From IMG/VR virus record IMGVR_UViG_3300027804_000001, positions 64,001-128,000 of that record: 64,000 bases of DNA. One strand, given 5' to 3'. Under the pieces are notes generated by a model. It did not search any database and was not told the DNA's origin. It worked only from the letters and a program-made list of their open reading frames with translations. The position numbers were made by a program, and so were the translations under genes. This document shows, piece by piece, positions 29,189-38,154 of the stretch. Source of the stretch: a virus. Lineage: Duplodnaviria; Caudoviricetes. Position 1 is the first letter of the stretch, and the number at the start of each line of letters is the position of its first letter.

Positions 29189-29957
29189 TTTTTTTTATAA
29201 TATTGTCGGCGATTACTTTATGAAATTTTTTTGATGGATGTTTATCTTGTGGTGGATTATTTCCAAAAAATTCATAATCAGTACAAATAGATAATTCATG
29301 ATTATTTTTGGATGCTTCACTCATTGAATTATAAGTTATACCATCATATTTTATTTTTATCCAACGATTTGACATATAGTAATCGGATTCAATTAATTTA
29401 TCATAATCGTTTGTGATGTTAATAATGAATGGTATGATACCTCTTTCTTCATAAAATTGGAATGTTGTTTTTATTCTTGTGAAAAGTTGATTCAATAATT
29501 TGTCAGTATACTCTTCGTATGACGAAAATCCATATTGTTTTAACTTATTATACAGAATGTCTACATTACTATCAGTTAATCTAATTTCTTGTCCATTTTC
29601 AAATTGAAAATGACTTCTGTGTGGGTATGAAGTTTGTAATATAATGTAATCAACATCTTCGAACTGATAAGTTTCTTCAGTCCAATTTGTATTTGGTCTT
29701 TTTAAATGAAATAATTGATTGATAAAATCTAAACTATCTTCATCGTTACCCGAATAAGCTCGTCTCGTTATTTCAAACTTTTCGAATTCTTGTGAAACCA
29801 ATCTAGGGAACCTAAAAATATTTTTAACATTAAGGTGATGATATTTTTTTTCTGAATAATCATCACCGTTGTAGTATTTTTGGTATCTTTTTCTATCATA
29901 GAGCCATAAACCATGTCCGTGTGTATACGAACACCCGGCAAAAATTATACCACTCAT
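29136..29957 (-). CDS. SGNH/GDSL-hydrolase-like protein
   Basis: FAGCSYTHG N-terminal block and DKHP C-terminal block. Confidence 0.6.
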   Translation of the reverse strand: MSGIIFAGCSYTHGHGLWLYDRKRYQKYYNGDDYSEKKYHHLNVKNIFRFPRLVSQEFEKFEITRRAYSGNDEDSLDFINQLFHLKRPNTNWTEETYQFEDVDYIILQTSYPHRSHFQFENGQEIRLTDSNVDILYNKLKQYGFSSYEEYTDKLLNQLFTRIKTTFQFYEERGIIPFIINITNDYDKLIESDYYMSNRWIKIKYDGITYNSMSEASKNNHELSICTDYEFFGNNPPQDKHPSKKFHKVIADNIIKKIKSFEKNNFGVPPLKYI

Positions 29958-30082
29958 AAATTAAAAACGGTCTTAATAATTGCGTAAGCAAATACTCCAA
30001 CAGTACCGACTATCAAAATACCAACACCAATAGCAAATATACTTATAACTGTTTCGGCTATTTTTTCAACGTTAAATTTCAT
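29954..30082 (-). CDS. Small membrane protein (42 aa)
   Basis: Manual translation MKFNVEKIAETVISIFAIGVGILIVGTVGVFAYAIIKTVFNL. Confidence 0.45.
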   Translation of the reverse strand: MKFNVEKIAETVISIFAIGVGILIVGTVGVFAYAIIKTVFNL

Positions 30083-30086
30083 AAAT

Positions 30087-30848
30087 TTAATTTTTATATT
30101 TTCCTTCAATCCAATCAAGAATCCAAGTTTCTTTTAAATTTTGTCTCATCAATTCTAATGGTGAAAAGTTCACATTTGGTTTTGAATCAGTTTTTTGATT
30201 ATCACTTGGGATTGTTCCATATTTTTCAATTTCTGAATAATCAATAACGTGGTCTACTCTCGCTTGATTTTCTTTCCATTGTGATTTTTGGGTTAAAAAT
30301 AGTGTTTGAGCAACGTTACCTCTAAAAACTAAAACCATACAATTAGACCTATCGGTTTTAGATTTTTCACCATCGGGTTTACTTTTATCTACCGGTTCAT
30401 AATTTGTAAAAAATAATTTGGCGTCATTTCTTTTCATTGAAAAGGCTTGAGTAACCATTTGTTTTATTTTTTCACCTTCTTTACCTTCAGGATACTTTAT
30501 TTGTTCTGTTCTAACTGTTGGTGAATTTAATTCAAAATCATATATTAAAACTGCAAAATCCTTATCTTTCGGAAAATCGTATTTGTAAATATTTTCTAAT
30601 CTTTCTTTAATAATTTCTGCAATAGTATCTGTTAAAGTGTATTTCCCAATTATTTTAGTTTGTAATCCTCTTGGTAACCAACCTATTTTATTATTAAGTT
30701 CATGTCTAACATATTCTAAAACTAAATCGACACCATTTCTAAGTAATTCTAATCTATTGTTTTTTTGGTCAATATCATGATTATCTGGACGATTATCCAG
30801 TTCTTTCAATAAAGTTTGATATTGGGACTCAGAAATCAAGATTTTCAT
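30087..30848 (-). CDS. Protein with MKILISESQY leader
   Basis: Start moved using the leader motif and AATAAATA at 30852-30859. Confidence 0.75.
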   Translation of the reverse strand: MKILISESQYQTLLKELDNRPDNHDIDQKNNRLELLRNGVDLVLEYVRHELNNKIGWLPRGLQTKIIGKYTLTDTIAEIIKERLENIYKYDFPKDKDFAVLIYDFELNSPTVRTEQIKYPEGKEGEKIKQMVTQAFSMKRNDAKLFFTNYEPVDKSKPDGEKSKTDRSNCMVLVFRGNVAQTLFLTQKSQWKENQARVDHVIDYSEIEKYGTIPSDNQKTDSKPNVNFSPLELMRQNLKETWILDWIEGKYKN

Positions 30849-30913
30849 ATCAATAAATATTAACAAACATAAATAAAAAAACCCAACTATTCAAGTCGGG
30901 AGTCCAGTATATA

Positions 30914-30960
30914 CTAGTATTAATTATTTCTAGTTATCTAGTGCTAGATTCTAGTACTAG
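30914..30960. repeat. CTAG-rich non-coding tract
   Basis: Six CTAG at 30914, 30930, 30938, 30944, 30951 and 30957. Confidence 0.8.
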
Positions 30961-31029
30961 ATATAAATACTGGGTAAAATGAAAAAGGTCTCCAAACGGA
31001 GACCTCTTAACATAAAAAAATAATTAAAT

Positions 31030-31239
31030 TTATAGGAATCTTCTAAAATTGGATTTAATTTTTTCGATTGATTCGTTAACCACAGGACTTTCCTCCTCAA
31101 CATCTACCTTTTCTTTATCTTCATCCTTCAACTGATTCATTTCATCGAATTTTTCTTCGTTGGTATCTTCAGCATAGGAATGTTTTCTTTCCATAATCAT
31201 TTTAAGTTGGGTTTCTGTGATTTTTATCTTCTTTGACAT
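31030..31239 (-). CDS. Small protein with KKIKITETQL leader
   Basis: 69 aa; TATAAATA at 31256-31263. Confidence 0.7.
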   Translation of the reverse strand: MSKKIKITETQLKMIMERKHSYAEDTNEEKFDEMNQLKDEDKEKVDVEEESPVVNESIEKIKSNFRRFL

Positions 31240-31263
31240 GACATATTGATTTCTATATAAATA

Positions 31264-32376
31264 TTAGAAATTCTTAAATATTCTATCCAAATCACAGTCT
31301 CTTGTGATAAATTTATTATCCAATAACTTTTGTCTGTTTTCTTTGAAGAAATTTACCATTTCAACGGGTACAAATGGGTCCTTCTCTGAAATTTCAATTG
31401 CTCTATTTTTATTGTATCTAATGATATCTTCAATTCTATTATATAATTCTTTTAAATCTGAATTCTTATATTGATTAAAATTTTGAACCATTTTCATAAT
31501 TTTAATATCTAAATCCCTTTCATTGTCAAAACTATAATCGAATAGTTCGTCATATTTTTTGAAACCTAATTTCTCCAATTGTGAATTATGATGAAGTGGT
31601 CCTGATACCAATAAAGGTTGACCTATTAGTAAATTTTTGAATGTTTTCTCAGAAAAAAATATTTCGTGATTAGTATATAAAGATTCACCAACAAGGTTAA
31701 ATAGACATTTATTATTTAAAAGAAAATCGGTATTAAATTCCGTGTCTTGGTTAATATTATCAATGATATGGATTTTATCTCCCAAATCAAGTGTAAGAAT
31801 CTTTTCCTCCCAACATTTGAAGTTATAGGGATTGTGCCAAGATGTTGATAACATATTCCAAGAAACAAGACCGTGTTCAAACAACTCATTTTTACACAAC
31901 TCATCAATAATTAATGATCTATTTGGTCTTGGGTGTCTGTTTAAACAAAAGAATAATTTTTCAAATGATGTGTTGATGTTTATATCCTCAATTGGTCTAT
32001 TATAAACTTTTTCTAAGTAGTGTAACGAATAATGTAAATCGAATGTTAACCAAGGTATGATTTTTACATTTTTAATCACATAATCACCATATGCCCACGA
32101 ATCAACTAACTTACTTCCACCATACAAAAAGTATATTTTAATATCTCTATTAATTAAGAAGGTTTCAAATTCATGTAAAATTCTACTATAATATTCATCC
32201 ATTACTTCTTGTCTTGGTATATCAACAGGTATACCAATAGGTTCAAGTGGATGCCAATATAAGATATCAATAGACCTGTCATTTTCAAATTCTTTTGAGA
32301 TTAAATTGAAAACATCTTCTTTATCGTATGATACGTTGTATGTATCAAGCACTGTTTTTATTTTAAGTTCTCTCAT
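31264..32376 (-). CDS. Glycosyltransferase-like protein (GT10/exostosin-like phage family)
   Basis: CLNR..R..R, NLVGES, FFSEKTFK.L...QP motifs. Confidence 0.55.
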   Translation of the reverse strand: MRELKIKTVLDTYNVSYDKEDVFNLISKEFENDRSIDILYWHPLEPIGIPVDIPRQEVMDEYYSRILHEFETFLINRDIKIYFLYGGSKLVDSWAYGDYVIKNVKIIPWLTFDLHYSLHYLEKVYNRPIEDININTSFEKLFFCLNRHPRPNRSLIIDELCKNELFEHGLVSWNMLSTSWHNPYNFKCWEEKILTLDLGDKIHIIDNINQDTEFNTDFLLNNKCLFNLVGESLYTNHEIFFSEKTFKNLLIGQPLLVSGPLHHNSQLEKLGFKKYDELFDYSFDNERDLDIKIMKMVQNFNQYKNSDLKELYNRIEDIIRYNKNRAIEISEKDPFVPVEMVNFFKENRQKLLDNKFITRDCDLDRIFKNF

Positions 32377-32834
32377 TAGTCTCTGTCTTCGTATCTTTTT
32401 CTAAATATGTCTTGTATACCCTCATCCAACCAATTAGGTAGTTTTTCCACGAATTTTGTAAAATCTTTACCATCGTAAACCAAAATAGGTTCTCCGTCAA
32501 AATCCTTTTCATATTTTAAATGAATGGGTTCTAATACCCAATATCCATCACTACCTTCTGGTGGGTCTTCGTATGTCCCTGGTCTAAAATATGGTGCTTC
32601 ATCCATACTATTATCAAAGGTGAATGTTAACGTATCATCTTTAAATGCAATTACAATTTGTTCATCATCATAATCAATCACATCTATATCACTTTGTTTA
32701 TGATAAAGTTCTTTGTCATTCATTATAGATAGAATATAATCCACAAGATTAGAAATATTCTTAACCAATCTCGGATTAATCTCACTGTTTTCAATGAGAC
32801 GATTATATTGTGTTTCACTAATTATGATTTTCAT
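32376..32834 (-). CDS. Acidic protein with MKIIISETQY leader
   Basis: 152 aa. Confidence 0.7.
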   Translation of the reverse strand: MKIIISETQYNRLIENSEINPRLVKNISNLVDYILSIMNDKELYHKQSDIDVIDYDDEQIVIAFKDDTLTFTFDNSMDEAPYFRPGTYEDPPEGSDGYWVLEPIHLKYEKDFDGEPILVYDGKDFTKFVEKLPNWLDEGIQDIFRKRYEDRD

Positions 32835-32873
32835 TTTTTTCCAAATTTTGTCCCGGTTCCGGCGGGGTGACCA

Positions 32874-33776
32874 TTAGTTCAACTTAGGTCCTCCGGCGTT
32901 CATCCAACTTATAACCGACTGATATCCTCCCATCTTTCCCACAACGTCAATAACGTCCATTAGGGAGCTTTGTTTGTTCAAGCCATACTTAGACCTCAAA
33001 TTCACAGAATAAGAGATTTGCGGTACGTTTCTGACGAAATCAAGTACCTTAGAGATGAGTGCATACTTCTGTTCGGTATTTAATCCGTCTCCACTATTAA
33101 GAACACCGGGGTTACTGTTCATGAATTCCTGGTACTGTCTATAATAATCTTTTTTAGATTGTTTATCCAAAGGGAAACTATTTCTATCGTAGGATAGGGA
33201 TAAAAAGTTCTTATCAGACCTTGCACGTTCCTTTGCGTCGATTGCATCCTGTCTTTGTGCTTCCTTATCAAGTGCACGACATTCCTTTTCATAGGAACCA
33301 TCATTTCCACCTTTTGTTAAACCACATTTTTGTGGTCCAGACGCCGCTTTCACTGGATCTGTCCATCCTTGTTCCATTATCTGGGACTCGGAGATATCTT
33401 TAACGTATTTTACATCCTTGCTTGGTACAACGATACATTTGGCAGTTTTCTTACCCATTTGTCTAAGGGCAGTCCATCTGTGGTGACCATCGATAATTTT
33501 ATAACCCCTTTTCATCTTGTGAACCATAATTGGCATAAGGGATTTATTCTTTTCGTACTTGGAGATGATACCATCCACTTTATCTTGGTATTCCTTCTCT
33601 TTCTCGTCCTCAATAGGTTGATTGGGATGTAATGCTTTAAGAGGGATATTCATCTTGGGATATTTACTGATATCACCTTCTTCCCAATCAAACTTGGCAC
33701 CCATACCCTTTTCGATATTAACTTTAATCTTTTCACTAAGGGATTTTAATTGGATCTCGGATATTAATATCTTCAT
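32874..33776 (-). CDS. ParB/Srx-like domain protein with leader, fused to a second domain
   Basis: PIMV...YKIIDGHHRWTAL..MG; leader MKILISEIQL; AATAAATA at 33780-33787. Confidence 0.7.
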   Translation of the reverse strand: MKILISEIQLKSLSEKIKVNIEKGMGAKFDWEEGDISKYPKMNIPLKALHPNQPIEDEKEKEYQDKVDGIISKYEKNKSLMPIMVHKMKRGYKIIDGHHRWTALRQMGKKTAKCIVVPSKDVKYVKDISESQIMEQGWTDPVKAASGPQKCGLTKGGNDGSYEKECRALDKEAQRQDAIDAKERARSDKNFLSLSYDRNSFPLDKQSKKDYYRQYQEFMNSNPGVLNSGDGLNTEQKYALISKVLDFVRNVPQISYSVNLRSKYGLNKQSSLMDVIDVVGKMGGYQSVISWMNAGGPKLN

Positions 33777-33797
33777 ATGAATAAATATTTAGAATAG

Positions 33798-34379
33798 ATG
33801 AATGAAAAATATTTGAACACCTATAATGATTTAATTCTTACTTTTCCCAAAGGAGGAACCAAATTTTTGGACTCTATATTCGTTATTACTGGGGCACTAC
33901 CTCTATATGGTTCAATAATAAAGGAAATTGATAAGGGAATCAAGTTTAAGTACGTTATAGTTAAAAACCCATTGGAATATTTCTGTTCTGCATTTAGAAA
34001 CCTATATTATCCCGTAAAAGATTTGACCACCAAGGAAGAGATAATAATCAAAATGTTATCCAATAAAGATGCACATTATAACTTGGGGTTACATTCCATA
34101 CTATACAACCTAAACACCAAGTATGATATTGAACATTATGTGGATATAACCAATTTGGATAATCTATTGAATGAAAAAATGGGAATACTTCCCTTTAACA
34201 CCAACAAGAAAGACAAGACATTCCCATGGTATACCAATGATATGGTTATTGAGGAACTTAAGAGTGAACACCCTGACTTATGGAACATAATTGAATCTCA
34301 AATAAACGTTGAGATGTATTTTTATAATCAGATAAGAGGTATGGATAAATTCTATAGAGTAAAGAAAGATATTATATAA
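33798..34379 (+). CDS. Sulfotransferase-like protein
   Basis: PKGGT near the N-terminus and VIVKNPLEYFCSAF resemble the Sulfotransfer_2 PAPS-binding motifs. Confidence 0.45.
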   Translation: MNEKYLNTYNDLILTFPKGGTKFLDSIFVITGALPLYGSIIKEIDKGIKFKYVIVKNPLEYFCSAFRNLYYPVKDLTTKEEIIIKMLSNKDAHYNLGLHSILYNLNTKYDIEHYVDITNLDNLLNEKMGILPFNTNKKDKTFPWYTNDMVIEELKSEHPDLWNIIESQINVEMYFYNQIRGMDKFYRVKKDII

Positions 34380-34563
34380 TTGGGGTATAGTTTATTTTGT
34401 CTTCATATTCCTTAATTTTATCTTCCAAGAACCTCATACGGTCACTTTCACCTGATATACAGTCATATCTACCAAAACGTTTCACAAAGAGTTCCAAACC
34501 GTCCCTTTCTATTTCTTCTTCCATAATCTCTATGGATGGTAAATAACATTTATTGAATCCCAT
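34372..34563 (-). CDS. Hypothetical protein
   Basis: 63 aa with TATTTAT motif upstream. Confidence 0.55.
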   Translation of the reverse strand: MGFNKCYLPSIEIMEEEIERDGLELFVKRFGRYDCISGESDRMRFLEDKIKEYEDKINYTPII

Positions 34564-34587
34564 AATATAGATAATATAATAAATATT

Positions 34588-34839
34588 TTACTTATTGGAT
34601 ATGTTTTCTTCACGATATCTCAAATAGACACCCACAAAGAAAGATAAGGATGTACTATATAATAAACATTGTTCCATAGTTCCACCCAAACCCACAATTA
34701 TCATTAGAGATATACACCATGTACCAAGTAGAGTCCAAAAGAATTTAAATAAGATTTCTAAAACTAAAAAAGGTAGAACCACAACAAATAATGCAATGGC
34801 TATCATATGTGTGAAGATTTTAAGTAATAGTTCTTTCAT
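34588..34839 (-). CDS. Membrane protein
   Basis: Hydrophobic; GATAAATA at 34843-34850 supports the MKELL start. Confidence 0.55.
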   Translation of the reverse strand: MKELLLKIFTHMIAIALFVVVLPFLVLEILFKFFWTLLGTWCISLMIIVGLGGTMEQCLLYSTSLSFFVGVYLRYREENISNK

Positions 34840-35546
34840 ATAGATAAATATTGTTTTAACCATCTTTGATAGTGGTTGGAATCATATATTAACTCACCGA
34901 TTCTAATGTGTCCTTTTTGATTTGGATGACCACCCTTTCCTTCGAAATATTCCCCCACAAATATTGTGGGGTTGGGAGCGTCTTTGTTCGATTTAATTAT
35001 ATCATAATCTTCCACACCTGTAAGTAGACTTGTTAAACTTCTATTGAAGTCCAAAAATCTATCTTTCTTAATAAGGGTATCGAATACACCATAAGGATTT
35101 ATTATTCCATAGTTATGTACAAACAAGTAATTGGTAGAGGTTGATTCCATGTATTGTTGAATGGAGAAGATGAATAGTGAGGTATGATATTGAAACCATA
35201 TCTTTTTATGTGATATAGTATCTAAATGATGCATCAGTTCTTTCATATGTAACTCACCCGTATCTTTTAAATGTTCTTGAGACACTAGAAAAAGACTTGA
35301 CATACCATTATGTACATTTTCATAGTACCATCTAGTATCAGGTGGAATTACTATGACAACAAAATCGTCTGGTTGAAATGTGGTTTGAAATATGGTGTGT
35401 GTTATTTTCCCCAGAGCCGAACCCTGCTGACTATGGTTAATAAATTCCACATTTGATTTCTGTGCTAGAACATTAATAAATGGTACTTCATAAGATAAAT
35501 CTAATTCACTCCCGTAACCCCACGAATCTCCGAAACAATATAACAT
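34836..35546 (-). CDS. SGNH/GDSL-hydrolase-like protein
   Basis: FGDSWGYG...GHPNQKGH. Confidence 0.7.
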   Translation of the reverse strand: MLYCFGDSWGYGSELDLSYEVPFINVLAQKSNVEFINHSQQGSALGKITHTIFQTTFQPDDFVVIVIPPDTRWYYENVHNGMSSLFLVSQEHLKDTGELHMKELMHHLDTISHKKIWFQYHTSLFIFSIQQYMESTSTNYLFVHNYGIINPYGVFDTLIKKDRFLDFNRSLTSLLTGVEDYDIIKSNKDAPNPTIFVGEYFEGKGGHPNQKGHIRIGELIYDSNHYQRWLKQYLSI

Positions 35547-35557
35547 ATTAAAATTTT

Positions 35558-36094
35558 TTATTTACCCCACAATACACTTTCCACAGAGTTTATTAGTTGG
35601 GACTGTCTTTTAAATGCATCATTTTCCCACGGTCTTTGTTCATATTCTTTAGTGTTGATTTCCATAGTTTCTCCCATCCATGTTACTCCATTATTGTTGT
35701 AGATAAGATTACCACTCATATATTGATCCATATGGATAACCTCATGTGATAAAACCTCTATAGCATCTTTTTTATCGAGATTAATGGTAAATAAATAAAA
35801 CTTACCGTTAAAGTAACGGATGTGTGCTTTTAATTCACCATCGAATTGAGATTTTGCATTATCACTAAGTGGTTGAATAATGACAACGTTACCAGATAAA
35901 TTCATTTGTGTCATTGCCACATTTAAAATTGTATCATAATAAGAAGGATATAGTAAATTTTCTATATTATTATCGTTTGAGAGATTCACCTGATTAAATG
36001 GTTTGTTAGGGGATTCGTAATTCAGGACAAGTAGAACTATTAGTAATATCCCTAATAGGACTAAAGTAATTTTTAAAAGTAAGTTCTTATTCAT
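35558..36094 (-). CDS. Membrane-anchored HEXXH metallopeptidase-like protein
   Basis: N-terminal TM; VLSHEVIHMDQ...RPWENDAF; AATAAATA at 36098-36105. Confidence 0.65.
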   Translation of the reverse strand: MNKNLLLKITLVLLGILLIVLLVLNYESPNKPFNQVNLSNDNNIENLLYPSYYDTILNVAMTQMNLSGNVVIIQPLSDNAKSQFDGELKAHIRYFNGKFYLFTINLDKKDAIEVLSHEVIHMDQYMSGNLIYNNNGVTWMGETMEINTKEYEQRPWENDAFKRQSQLINSVESVLWGK

Positions 36095-36224
36095 ACTAAT
36101 AAATAGTTGTTCCGATTTTTGAAAAATTTTCCGGAAATTTTTTTTCACTTTAGGGGGGTAAAGTCCATTTTTTCAGATTTTTTCCGGAAAAATTTCTGTC
36201 ACGGTATTGTCCCCCCTATTAGAC

Positions 36225-36320
36225 CTACTAAAAAGGGGGTATATAAGGGGGGATACGGGAGGGGGGAGGGGGTATATAGGGATAAGGGGGTGAGTATCAA
36301 TTAGTTAGGGGGTATAGGGC
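36225..36320 (+). other. G-tract region with G-quadruplex potential
   Basis: GGGGG-TATATAA-GGGGGG-ATAC-GGG-A-GGGGGG-A-GGGGG-TATATA-GGG-ATAA-GGGGG in an AT-rich genome; non-coding, at a divergent strand switch. Confidence 0.7.
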
Positions 36321-36356
36321 CATTCTTTATTCAAACCGGATCAACAGGGTGGTGAG

Positions 36357-36377
36357 TGTGGATAACTATGTGGATAA
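36357..36377 (-). promoter_or_regulatory. Two tandem perfect DnaA boxes (TGTGGATAA at 36357-36365 and 36369-36377)
   Basis: Exact match to TTATCCACA on the - strand, 12-bp period. Confidence 0.6.
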
Positions 36378-36472
36378 CTTTAATAAAAAAAAATAAAAAA
36401 AATTTATCATTATACTTTTTTATATGGAATTAATTTCCGTACTTTGTTCTATCAATAACAATTAAACATTTA

Positions 36473-37015
36473 ATGATTATGAAAAATTCAATGAACACAA
36501 CCGAAGTAAACATTACAAAGAACGAGTTATTAACTTTGTTAATGTCAGTAGACAAACCGACCTTTACTAACATTCTTTACCAAATTAAAGTAAAGATGAA
36601 CAAGACCGACAACCCTTATTACGAGAGGGTATTCAAGACAACCAAAGGAAACTTTTTCATTGGGGGTACTTACGAGGATATGGTAAACGAGAGAATGAAG
36701 AAAGAGGGATTGACACCTAACTTTGTGAGTGAGGAAAACAATGTAGGGGAACACATTACAAAGTGTGTTCAGTTCAATGAGAAGTACAACAAACATTACC
36801 TACAATACTTTTCTTTTGAAAATTCAATTCATTCAACCGAATATGAATTTGAGGGAAGAAACATTGATAGAGAAATGTTCAAGTCCTTTGAGGTTAAGAA
36901 GTCCGAGAGTTCAAGACAACCCCAAGACAACAAACACCAAGTACAAAGTTTGACTATTGACAACATTAGGAAAATAACTTTGAACGGAACGAAGTACAAT
37001 GTAGTTGAGGGGTAA
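36473..37015 (+). CDS. Early hypothetical phage protein
   Basis: 180 aa; first gene of the + strand array, followed by a terminator. Confidence 0.8.
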   Translation: MIMKNSMNTTEVNITKNELLTLLMSVDKPTFTNILYQIKVKMNKTDNPYYERVFKTTKGNFFIGGTYEDMVNERMKKEGLTPNFVSEENNVGEHITKCVQFNEKYNKHYLQYFSFENSIHSTEYEFEGRNIDREMFKSFEVKKSESSRQPQDNKHQVQSLTIDNIRKITLNGTKYNVVEG

Positions 37016-37040
37016 CAACCCCTTTCCTTTGGAAACCAAA

Positions 37041-37070
37041 AGTCCCTTACGAGAGTAGGGGATTTTTTTT
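37041..37070 (+). terminator. Intrinsic terminator
   Basis: TCCCTTAC-GAGA-GTAGGGGA plus T8. Confidence 0.8.
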
Positions 37071-37350
37071 TGTCCAAGAACCCACCTTCGTCCCGTTGGG
37101 AATAGTGAACGGCCCCAAAAAAATACACACAAAAAAAATTCAAAAAAAATTTGGAGGATTTTTTTCCTTCCCGAATAATGAGGGGCCCGTATTACAAGAA
37201 AATGAAAAATTTACAACCTTGTATTTTTTTTGAATAATGACAGGCCCATGTATTTTTGTCATACACGAACTGAGCCGTTCATTAATTTTCTCCGACAGAT
37301 GTCCCACAAAAAAAAATAAAATATTTTATTGTGTAATGAAATAAATGTTA

Positions 37351-37358
37351 TACATTTG
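37351..37358 (+). promoter_or_regulatory. Bacteroidota -7 promoter box
   Basis: TACATTTG, 25 nt upstream of the ATG at 37383. Confidence 0.7.
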
Positions 37359-37382
37359 TACTCAATTAAAAAATATAATAAA

Positions 37383-37631
37383 ATGAACAAAGAAAAAGTA
37401 ACCGAGATTGTCAATGAAGTTATTAACCAAAGGTTAGAACAACTAATGGAAGAAATGTCCACCAACGAGTTCGTGGAAATGATTTGTGATATGGTACACG
37501 ACCAAGTGGGTTTGGATTTGGAAGATGAGGACAAAGTAGAGGAAGTCCGAGAAATTATTGGTAGTAGGGTTATACCTTTACTGACCAAAGTGTGTGAGTA
37601 TGTCATTGGAGTAGACCTACCAAAGGACTAA
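37383..37631 (+). CDS. Small acidic early protein
   Basis: MNKEKVTEIVNEVINQRLEQ...; start moved downstream of the promoter. Confidence 0.75.
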   Translation: MNKEKVTEIVNEVINQRLEQLMEEMSTNEFVEMICDMVHDQVGLDLEDEDKVEEVREIIGSRVIPLLTKVCEYVIGVDLPKD

Positions 37632-37653
37632 ATAAAAGTTCCCCCACTTTTAG

Positions 37654-37688
37654 ATACCCTTACAAGAAATTGTAGGGGTATTTTTTTT
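37654..37688 (+). terminator. Intrinsic terminator
   Basis: ATACCCTTACAA-GAAA-TTGTAGGGGTAT plus T-run. Confidence 0.85.
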
Positions 37689-37849
37689 GACCACCTGATT
37701 TACCATCCGGGGTTCATGGAATAATGAATGGCTCCAATCGTATTACAGGCCGTTCACTATTCCCCATCCGGATCACGGTGAAAAAAAAAGTTTCATTCTT
37801 TCCTTATGTTTAGTACCCAATTCACCTCTATATAATAAACAACACTATT

Positions 37850-38002
37850 ATGAAAAATGAATTGAACGAGTTATTCTTATTGATTGAGAATGAAATGGAA
37901 GAAGTACCGACAACTGATTTGTTTGATGAGTTCTTTGATGAACTTGATGTTGAGTACATTAATAGAGATTGGGAAACTCGTTACGGGTTCCGTCCTCTGT
38001 AA
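37850..38002 (+). CDS. Very acidic 50-aa protein (not in ORF track)
   Basis: MKNELNELFLLIENEMEEVPTTDLFDEFFDELDVEYINRDWETRYGFRPL; 15 of 50 residues are D/E. Confidence 0.6.
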   Translation: MKNELNELFLLIENEMEEVPTTDLFDEFFDELDVEYINRDWETRYGFRPL

Positions 38003-38099
38003 AATTGTGAATGGCCCTCGAATGATTTTATTCGGGGGTTTAATTTATGAGCCGTTCATTTTTTACATGTCGTCTTCTGAGGTGAAAAAAAAAAATAAA

Positions 38100-38131
38100 T
38101 TTGGAATATAATAAAAATAGTATTATATTTG
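38100..38131 (+). promoter_or_regulatory. Bacteroidota sigma-A promoter
   Basis: TTTG (38100) - 20 nt - TATATTTG (38124), poly-A upstream. Confidence 0.85.
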
Positions 38132-38154
38132 TGGAAACAAAACAAAATAACAAA

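Noticed and set aside
36107-36304. 65-aa ORF across the G-tract
   Set aside because: A low-complexity by-product of homopolymer runs, with no promoter or plausible composition.
37884-38111. Track ORF 37884..38111
   Set aside because: It runs through a repeat patch and a promoter. The alternative frame 37850..38002 has a proper leader and stops before the repeat.
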